Source of the DNA: Candidatus Saccharimonadales bacterium
Lineage (GTDB): Bacteria; Patescibacteriota; Saccharimonadia; Saccharimonadales; CAIOMD01
Direction: 5' to 3'
NCBI GenBank assembly: GCA_046350635.1
Contig: JAXLZY010000001.1
Coordinates: 154,727 to 178,726 of the forward strand
DNA: 24,000 nt
Shown: piece by piece, positions 7,765 through 14,369 of the stretch
How positions within the stretch are numbered: the stretch's first letter is position 1
Layout: the number at the start of each line of letters is the position of its first letter
Program-made: the position numbers and the translations under genes
The notes under the pieces: generated by a model
Seen by the model: the letters and a program-made list of their open reading frames with translations, nothing else
Told to the model about the DNA's origin: nothing
Database searches by the model: none

Positions 7765-9668
7765 TGGCTGTCTTTGGTGGTAAACAACCCAAAATTGACC
7801 CAGTGCTAATGGCTGAACAGCAACGAGCACTCGAACAGCAAGAGGTTCAGGCGGCATTCCAAAAGGGTGTAACAGCACTCCGAGATTTTATCGCACCAAG
7901 TTCCATCGAATTCCAGAGTAACTTCTTTCAAATTGGTACCCGTTATGCCCGCACCTACTACGTCTATGGCTATCCACGCCAAATCTACACTGGCTGGTTA
8001 AGCGGTATGGTTAATATCGATGAAGTGATGGATATGTCAATCTATGTCTATCCGGTAGAGAGCCAGGTTGTACTCGAGAATTTGCGCAAAAAAGTAGGTC
8101 AGCTCGAAGCCGGTTTACAGATTGACGCCGAAAAGGGTAAGGTCCGTGACCCAGGTAAGCAAGCTGCCATTATGGATGCCGAAGAGATGCGCGATAAGCT
8201 TCAGGTGGGCGAAGAACGATTCTTTAGGTTTGGTCTGTACTTTACGATCTACGCAAGCTCAATGGATGAGCTCGAATTTGTAAGCCATAAAATTGAATCT
8301 ATGCTCGGCCAACAGCTCGTGTACTCAAAACCAGCTAGTGCCCAGCAAGAGCAGGGGCTTAACAGCGTTTTGCCCCAGTTTATGGATCAGCTTCAAATTC
8401 GCCGCAATATGAATACCGGTGCTATTAGTACTAGCTTTCCGTTCACGAGTGCCGACTTAACAGATGACCACGGCATTTTATACGGCATAAATATGCACAA
8501 TAGTGGCCTCGTTATTTTTGATAGATTCAGCCTAGAAAACGGTAATAGTGTTGTGTTCGCTAAATCCGGTGCTGGTAAAAGTTTTGCGGTTAAGTTAGAA
8601 ATTTTGCGTAGCCTCATGATGGGCACTGAGGTTTTTGTGTTAGACCCAGAAAACGAATACCAACGCATGGCCGAAGCAGTCGGTGGTGCCTATGTAAAGC
8701 TTTCGCTTGGTTCACCAACACGAATTAATCCATTTGATTTACCTCGAGTTGTAGATACCGAAGAAGCTGATAACGCCTTGCGCAGTAACCTCATTACACT
8801 CCATGGCTTATTGCGCCTCATGATGGGTGGAGCTCAGGCACAACTGCTTGGCAATGCAGGGCAAATGGCACCAGCGCTTAGCCCCGTAGAAGAAGCCGAT
8901 TTAGATGCCGCACTTATAGAAACCTATGCCAAGGCAGGCATCACTAATGACCCGCTTACGCACACAAGTGTTCCGCCGACAATCAGCGACCTGTACGATA
9001 CCTTATTACATATGGGCGGAACAGGCCCGCAACTGGCGCAACGACTCCGCAAATACACAACCGGTACCTTTGCGGGTATTTTTAGTCAGCAAAGTAATAC
9101 CGATATCAATAATCCTTTTGCGGTCTTTAACATTCGTGACTTAGAAGATGAGCTAAGGCCGGTAGCTATGTATATTGTTCTTAACTTTATATGGAACAAA
9201 ACTAAGGCAGATCAAAAGCGTCGCATTTTAGTAATAGACGAAGCCTGGCAATTTATGAAGTACGAAGATAGCGCCAGCTTTATCTTTAGCCTCGCAAAAC
9301 GTGCCCGTAAATATAACCTTGGTATCACTACTATCAGCCAAGACGTAGAAGACTTTATTGGGTCGCGCATGGGTCGCGCAATCGTTGCTAACGCTTCAAT
9401 GCAGCTACTCTTAAAACAAAGCCCAACTGCTGTCGACATGCTCGCAGACGTATTTAAGCTAACGAGCGAAGAAAAGAAACGCTTAAGCCAGTTCCCTGTC
9501 GGGCAAGGACTGTTTTTTGCGGGCCAAAGCCACGTACATATCCAAATTATGCCTAGCCCAACCGAAACAAGTCTTATCACAACCAACCCCGAGCAAGTCA
9601 AAGCTATTGAGCAACAGGGTCAGATACCGCTATCAGGTAACGCGACCGGCGAAATTAACGGATTTTAA
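7764..9668 (+). CDS. virB4: VirB4-family T4SS ATPase (TraE/PrgJ-like)
   Basis: 634 aa. Walker A is FAKSGAGKSFAVK (Lys codon 8577-8579) and Walker B is RRILVIDEAWQF (Asp-Glu 9237-9242). Downstream motifs are ARKYNLGITTISQDVEDF and ANASMQLLLKQ. The N-domain pattern is YARTYYVYGYPRQIYTGWLSGMV...DMSIYVYP. GGGAG lies 8 nt upstream of the ATG. Confidence 0.9.
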   Translation: MAVFGGKQPKIDPVLMAEQQRALEQQEVQAAFQKGVTALRDFIAPSSIEFQSNFFQIGTRYARTYYVYGYPRQIYTGWLSGMVNIDEVMDMSIYVYPVESQVVLENLRKKVGQLEAGLQIDAEKGKVRDPGKQAAIMDAEEMRDKLQVGEERFFRFGLYFTIYASSMDELEFVSHKIESMLGQQLVYSKPASAQQEQGLNSVLPQFMDQLQIRRNMNTGAISTSFPFTSADLTDDHGILYGINMHNSGLVIFDRFSLENGNSVVFAKSGAGKSFAVKLEILRSLMMGTEVFVLDPENEYQRMAEAVGGAYVKLSLGSPTRINPFDLPRVVDTEEADNALRSNLITLHGLLRLMMGGAQAQLLGNAGQMAPALSPVEEADLDAALIETYAKAGITNDPLTHTSVPPTISDLYDTLLHMGGTGPQLAQRLRKYTTGTFAGIFSQQSNTDINNPFAVFNIRDLEDELRPVAMYIVLNFIWNKTKADQKRRILVIDEAWQFMKYEDSASFIFSLAKRARKYNLGITTISQDVEDFIGSRMGRAIVANASMQLLLKQSPTAVDMLADVFKLTSEEKKRLSQFPVGQGLFFAGQSHVHIQIMPSPTETSLITTNPEQVKAIEQQGQIPLSGNATGEINGF

Positions 9669-9679
9669 ATAAAACGCTA

Positions 9680-9708
9680 TTGCTTTTTTAGCAATTTATT
9701 GCTATAAT
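9680..9708 (+). promoter_or_regulatory. Candidate sigma-70-type promoter for the distal half of the locus
   Basis: TTGCTT (9680-9685), a 17-nt spacer, then TGC-TATAAT (extended -10; TATAAT at 9703-9708). It lies just after a weak AT-rich hairpin (ATTGCT-TTTTT-AGCAAT) downstream of the virB4 stop. Confidence 0.5.
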
Positions 9709-9724
9709 ATGCATATTAATTAGG

Positions 9725-10663
9725 ATGCTTTTAATGTTTTCTTCGAAAAATTCCTACGCAGATACAAAAGCTAACAAGCGAGTGGCTGCTGGTGCGATGA
9801 TACTCGCAGGGGCACTAGCCTTAGCTGGCTGCGGAAACTCTGATAATAATGCCCCGTCATCACCAAACACACAGCCCGTTGCTACTGCGACCCCCTCAAC
9901 CCCAGAAAGTCCAACAGAGACGCCATCAGTAAGCCCAACTACTTCACCTGAAAACGTTGTGCTACAATTCGATACTGATAAATTACCCGTAACCCCCAAA
10001 AATTATTCCGAAGCTCGCGAAACATTAGAATTTCTTATCGATAAACAAGTAGACAAAAACCTTCGATCTAAATTATGGGATGCAATCGAATCAAATAACG
10101 CCGAATATTTCAATAAACTTAGTATTTCTAAAGAAGATGTTGAAGCAAATCTTCAGTATTACGAAGAATACCTAAAAACATTGGATATAATCGCAGACCA
10201 ATTCAGCGAAACTCCTGAAGCACGCATACCCATAAAATCGAATCGCCTCATGGGCGAAAGTATGGTTATTGTGTTACGAGAACTTCTGTCGAGAAACGAT
10301 ATTGTTTCTAAATTGCAAGACAAAGCATCTGATATAAATGTAACTACTTTTTCTAAAAGAACTCGGGTGGATAATTCACCTATTACATCAGTTGCATTTA
10401 CAATTGCAAAAGTTGGCAAAGATCCCGAAGCTTGGAGCGCAGGCTACCATAACGAAGACGGCTCATTAAAAGTAATAACCGACGACATGATAATCGTGCA
10501 AGAACAGTTAAAGTTCAATCCAGCATCAGATTCAATGCAGTCAGAAGTACTTTCTCGAATTGTATATACCACTGTTAACAAGCTCGGCTCACTATGTATT
10601 GCAAAGCTTAGTGGTTTCGATACACACTGTGACGCACAAGTTGCAACCCATTTTGCTGAATAG
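9725..10663 (+). CDS. Lipoprotein of unknown function (T4SS-associated by context)
   Basis: Lipobox LALAGC with the Cys codon at 9830-9832, preceded by KANKRVAAGAMILAGA. A Pro/Thr/Ser-rich linker (PSSPNTQPVATATPSTPESPTETPSVSPTTSPE) precedes a ~230-aa domain I do not recognise. An alternative ATG at 9734 has AGGA 8 nt upstream. Confidence 0.7.
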   Translation: MLLMFSSKNSYADTKANKRVAAGAMILAGALALAGCGNSDNNAPSSPNTQPVATATPSTPESPTETPSVSPTTSPENVVLQFDTDKLPVTPKNYSEARETLEFLIDKQVDKNLRSKLWDAIESNNAEYFNKLSISKEDVEANLQYYEEYLKTLDIIADQFSETPEARIPIKSNRLMGESMVIVLRELLSRNDIVSKLQDKASDINVTTFSKRTRVDNSPITSVAFTIAKVGKDPEAWSAGYHNEDGSLKVITDDMIIVQEQLKFNPASDSMQSEVLSRIVYTTVNKLGSLCIAKLSGFDTHCDAQVATHFAE

Positions 10664-10742
10664 CCTGTAGCCTCTTTCATGCCATTACCATTTTGCTCAA
10701 AAAAATGGTAAAATAAACAGTATCATTTTGTGAAAAACTAAG

Positions 10743-13700
10743 ATGCCAAATGCTGTTTATGACGATGAGAAGGAGCGCACGGCTAATCCTGATTCTAGCC
10801 TTGTTAATGATAGCAACGAAACAGCTCAAACGGCATCTGATTCATCTTCGGATACAAACTTAGCTGATAAAGAATCAGATGCCGCAAAAAACGATACGTT
10901 TGACGAACCGCCAACAGCTGAAAAAAGTTTTTATAACCCAATGGGCGATAAGCAAAATTCACTCAAGTCTTCATCGACTTCAATCGTTTCAAATATAGCA
11001 AGACGGCGCGTAATATTAGGTGCCCTAATTCCAATAGGTCTAATTCTTATTGTTCTTTTTTTGATGAGTGCCCTTAAAATTCCAAACTACGCCGCAAATA
11101 TTGCAACCTATAGATTCGCTCGCTCAGCGATGGAATATGCTAAAACATCGTCAGAGATTGATGGAGCAAAAATTGCCATAGAAACAAGCGATGATACAAA
11201 ATACGGCAAATTCAGAGAAAAGTACGCAAATCTAAGATCAGCAACGTGGGGGAAGTTTGATCAGTACCGACCAGAAAAGGTGTATCAAAACCTTAAGGCA
11301 GACGGAACGATAAAGTACGAGGTAGAAACCAAAAAATGGAAGGGAATCGAAACCCGTACAAAAATCACAGCGGTTATTATTAATAACGAACGAATTCCCG
11401 TAGAAAGCCAAACATTCAGACAACGTTTTGGGAGCCCAGTAGACTCTTACAGAGATAGGTTGAAGTATTCTAGGGCAGTTAATGCACAAATTAGTGAAGC
11501 GTTAAAGGGTTCTAGTACACTCGTAAGAAGCTCGGTGGCCAAAAAAATACGTGCAGATTTAAATATTAAGCTACGATTTTGGGAAAAGGGTGCCAAAAAC
11601 TATAGTGGCCTTAAGCCAGATGAAGCCGACCAATTGTTACTTAAAGAAAATGACGAAAGAATACGCACCAAACCAACTGGCACGGCAACAACGAGCTCAA
11701 TAAACGAAGCGACCGATAAAGTAGACAATGCTATCAAGGACTGTATTGACGATGCCGACTGTGCCAAGGAGATGGCGAGTGGTGAAAACCCAGAAAAAAT
11801 AACCACCGCATTAACAGAATCTGCCGACGAAGGCATTGTAAGAAAAGCTCTTGGTATTATTAGCCCAACATACGGGATTGTTGTGCCTGCTTGTATGATT
11901 TACGATGGCTCGATTGATCACGCATCTGATGCAATCGATGCGCAAACTGCCAGCACCATTAAAACCTACAACACATTTGCAACTCAGGCTGACCAGCAAA
12001 AAGTCGGAGACACCTCTCCAGAGGCGATAGCTGCCGTCAATAGGAAATTAGCGGCTGGTGATTCGGTTCCCGATCAATACCTAAGTGGGCGCACGGTTGA
12101 TACATCTGTAGAAAAAAGCCCGCAAGCATCGGTGCTTGGCGACTTTACAATGTTAAACGCTTTAATACCAAATCAAACCGTGGCAAATGGTTTAAATACT
12201 ATCGCAGAGCCAGTATGTAAAACCTTAACCAATGTAGGAGTTAATGCAGCTATTGCTGGAGTGAGCATTGTAATAGCTATCTTTACTGGCGGGACAAGTG
12301 GTGCCGCTGAAGGTGCCGGAAGTCAAAGTATTCGCGCCATTGTCACCGCAACCCTAGAAAAAGGCTTTCTTAAAACGATAGTTAAATCAGCAGTTGATAA
12401 GGTTGCGACAATTGAAGGCAGAAATCAACTTAAGGGTTTTAGTAAGAAATTTGCTCGAGATTTTGTGGCTATAGAAGGAGCTACCGCTCTCACAAAACTA
12501 TTAGTAATGTCACGTTCAGGGCTTATAAATAATGGCGCTACATCAAGTGGTGCTGACTATATTAATCAGGCAGATATGGGTGCGGTAAACGAAAACAACA
12601 TCTATATGCAACAAATGATGTATGGTGCACCAATGACGAATGCAAACACCGCACTTGCCGATAAAAGCGCAACAACTTTATTAGCAGAAAAAGAGTCCCA
12701 GGCTCCGGGGCTTGGCAAGTATTTTGGGATTACTTCACCCGTTTCAAAAATCAGAAACAATATGGCTATTGGCTTTGCGAGTATGAAGCAAAGGGGACTA
12801 TCATCAAGTTTGAAATATTTCAGTTTTGGCTCGGTCTTAAAGTCGATTATTCCAAATCAAAATGTGAGTGCCGCAGACACCTCAGGAGCAAACTGGGGCA
12901 TCGTTCAATGGGGTTGGACAGACGAAGAAAACGCTTTAATTGCCCGCGATTCATCGTATGGGGTAGTTGAAAATGAAGCTGCATTATCCGATCAAGTTCG
13001 TAGTGTGGTAGAGTCAGAATATGGTAAGTGTTTTTCAAGTACTATGGGCACCTTGCTTGGTTCGGGTGACATTAAAAGAAATGAGTCGGGGGATGTGGTA
13101 ACAAATGACGGTTTGTGTTCGCCAGAAAACCTCGGCCCAAAGAACCCTAAGTACGGCGATGCGGTATTTAGGTGGCGTCTTTCTAAAAAGCGCGAGATGG
13201 TATTAGATCAAAACCTTGGGCTACAAAACCCATCAAAAGATGGTAAAAGCGATAGTGGTGGAACTGTAGGTGGTGGCGGGAGTTCGGGTGGTCAAGGCAT
13301 GAGTGCCGACGAGGTTTTTGCGCAATGTAAAAACAATACCGCAACCGGCAAAGTAAAAATTGTTTGCGGGACCACCGAACTAAATGGGGTACCCTACGGA
13401 GAAAACTTCGTAAGCGCCTGGAAGGATGCTAAGCCATCTCCGTTAGGTTGTAATTCATACGCCAATATAGCAATTGCTCGTGCAACGAACGGAAAATATC
13501 GCAAAGATTATTGCTCGGGTGGATACGAAAAAGAAGGTGCGCGTGAAGGTAATTTCAAAAAAATCGCCAAAACTGCCGTTCAACCCGGAGATTTAATCAT
13601 TCACGACCGCTTGGGTGGTGCGTCATGTGGTGGCACGAGTGGAGAGGGCCACGTTGAAGTTGTTGTTTCGTACGATCCCAAAACCGACAAACTTATTACT

Positions 13701-13808
13701 ACAGGAGCCCACAGTTCAAGAACACCGTCAGGTGTCACCGATCCGGTTAACCTCAAGAATAGTGACTATTGGGATTACGGCGTTGAGTATGTCGGAGGTG
13801 GCTTGTAA
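10743..13808 (+). CDS. Large membrane-anchored protein with C-terminal CHAP/NlpC-P60-like cysteine peptidase/amidase domain (PrgK/TraG/Orf14-like cell-wall hydrolase or effector)
   Basis: 1021 aa. An acidic disordered N-terminus is followed by a TM helix (VILGALIPIGLILIVLFLMSAL) and ~740 aa that I cannot assign. A Gly-rich linker (GGTVGGGGSSGGQG) leads to the last 170 aa (nt 13296-13805). That region has a candidate catalytic Cys (PLGCNSYANIAI, codon 13449-13451), PGDLIIH, and GHVEVVVSYDPKTDKLITTGAHS. The order is the Cys...PGD...GHV...(polar) order typical of CHAP domains. Confidence 0.65.
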   Translation: MPNAVYDDEKERTANPDSSLVNDSNETAQTASDSSSDTNLADKESDAAKNDTFDEPPTAEKSFYNPMGDKQNSLKSSSTSIVSNIARRRVILGALIPIGLILIVLFLMSALKIPNYAANIATYRFARSAMEYAKTSSEIDGAKIAIETSDDTKYGKFREKYANLRSATWGKFDQYRPEKVYQNLKADGTIKYEVETKKWKGIETRTKITAVIINNERIPVESQTFRQRFGSPVDSYRDRLKYSRAVNAQISEALKGSSTLVRSSVAKKIRADLNIKLRFWEKGAKNYSGLKPDEADQLLLKENDERIRTKPTGTATTSSINEATDKVDNAIKDCIDDADCAKEMASGENPEKITTALTESADEGIVRKALGIISPTYGIVVPACMIYDGSIDHASDAIDAQTASTIKTYNTFATQADQQKVGDTSPEAIAAVNRKLAAGDSVPDQYLSGRTVDTSVEKSPQASVLGDFTMLNALIPNQTVANGLNTIAEPVCKTLTNVGVNAAIAGVSIVIAIFTGGTSGAAEGAGSQSIRAIVTATLEKGFLKTIVKSAVDKVATIEGRNQLKGFSKKFARDFVAIEGATALTKLLVMSRSGLINNGATSSGADYINQADMGAVNENNIYMQQMMYGAPMTNANTALADKSATTLLAEKESQAPGLGKYFGITSPVSKIRNNMAIGFASMKQRGLSSSLKYFSFGSVLKSIIPNQNVSAADTSGANWGIVQWGWTDEENALIARDSSYGVVENEAALSDQVRSVVESEYGKCFSSTMGTLLGSGDIKRNESGDVVTNDGLCSPENLGPKNPKYGDAVFRWRLSKKREMVLDQNLGLQNPSKDGKSDSGGTVGGGGSSGGQGMSADEVFAQCKNNTATGKVKIVCGTTELNGVPYGENFVSAWKDAKPSPLGCNSYANIAIARATNGKYRKDYCSGGYEKEGAREGNFKKIAKTAVQPGDLIIHDRLGGASCGGTSGEGHVEVVVSYDPKTDKLITTGAHSSRTPSGVTDPVNLKNSDYWDYGVEYVGGGL

Positions 13809-14368
13809 TGAATGCGTTGCAAATTCTTATTAAATATAAGGTGCTAATTATTAGTTTGTTCACCTTTATTTTAATAACATTCATTGTATTTAAATTTGCC
13901 CCAGTGACGGTTGTAAATCCTGAACCAATTAATAATATGTATATAAATAATGTTCATGCCGAGGCTTTAAAGGTAAGTACAACATCGGGGAAAAAACGAA
14001 TCGGATTTAGTAATCCCACAACTGTATATAAAGAAGAAACTGTTTTCTTATGGCCGTTCCAGACATATACTCCTAAATATTCTGGTGAAAAGCAGAATAC
14101 TGCATCTATATTAAAAGAGTCTGGATACACAGATATAGCTGAATATCCATTTATTTCAGAGAAGTATTTTTCACAAAATAGATGGTTGGTAGTCTACGAA
14201 AAGAGTAGCGGTGGCTTTGACACAACGCGGGTTGTGGGTGTATTAAAATACAGCTCAAAATCTGGATTATGGGAAGTGGTCGATCGCAGCTCAAGCCTAC
14301 ACGAGGACTGGTGGGATAGCATAATGCCAGACGAGATATTAAACTACATAGAAAACGGTGGTAGGTAG
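13808..14368 (+). CDS. Small N-terminally anchored protein of unknown function (candidate immunity or VirB8-like component)
   Basis: 186 aa with a TM anchor (VLIISLFTFILITFIVFKF) and a ~150-aa extracytoplasmic domain. There is a strong GGAGGTG 7 nt upstream, and the ATG overlaps the upstream stop (TAATG at 13806-13810). It is AT-rich: my hand counts of three 60-nt lines give about 28-37% GC. Confidence 0.6.
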   Translation: MNALQILIKYKVLIISLFTFILITFIVFKFAPVTVVNPEPINNMYINNVHAEALKVSTTSGKKRIGFSNPTTVYKEETVFLWPFQTYTPKYSGEKQNTASILKESGYTDIAEYPFISEKYFSQNRWLVVYEKSSGGFDTTRVVGVLKYSSKSGLWEVVDRSSSLHEDWWDSIMPDEILNYIENGGR

Positions 14369-14369
14369 C

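Noticed and set aside
10686-10710. A 9-bp hairpin (TACCATTTT-GCTCAAA-AAAATGGTA) between the lipoprotein gene and the 1021-aa gene, considered as a terminator.
   Set aside because: The stem is almost all A-T and is followed by an A-run rather than a T-run on the sense strand, so it is unlikely to terminate. I keep it only as a possible mRNA structure.
14358-14369. Upstream alternative starts given by the ORF track: GTG 14358 for the hydrolase, ATG 2174 for pilin P2, TTG 21335 for dnaA and TTG 929 for pilin P5.
   Set aside because: In each case a downstream ATG has a much better-placed Shine-Dalgarno sequence (GGTGGTAGG, AGGAGGTG, GGGAGG and GGAGG respectively). The downstream ATGs also give a cleaner N-terminus, so the longer forms are probably ORF-caller extensions.
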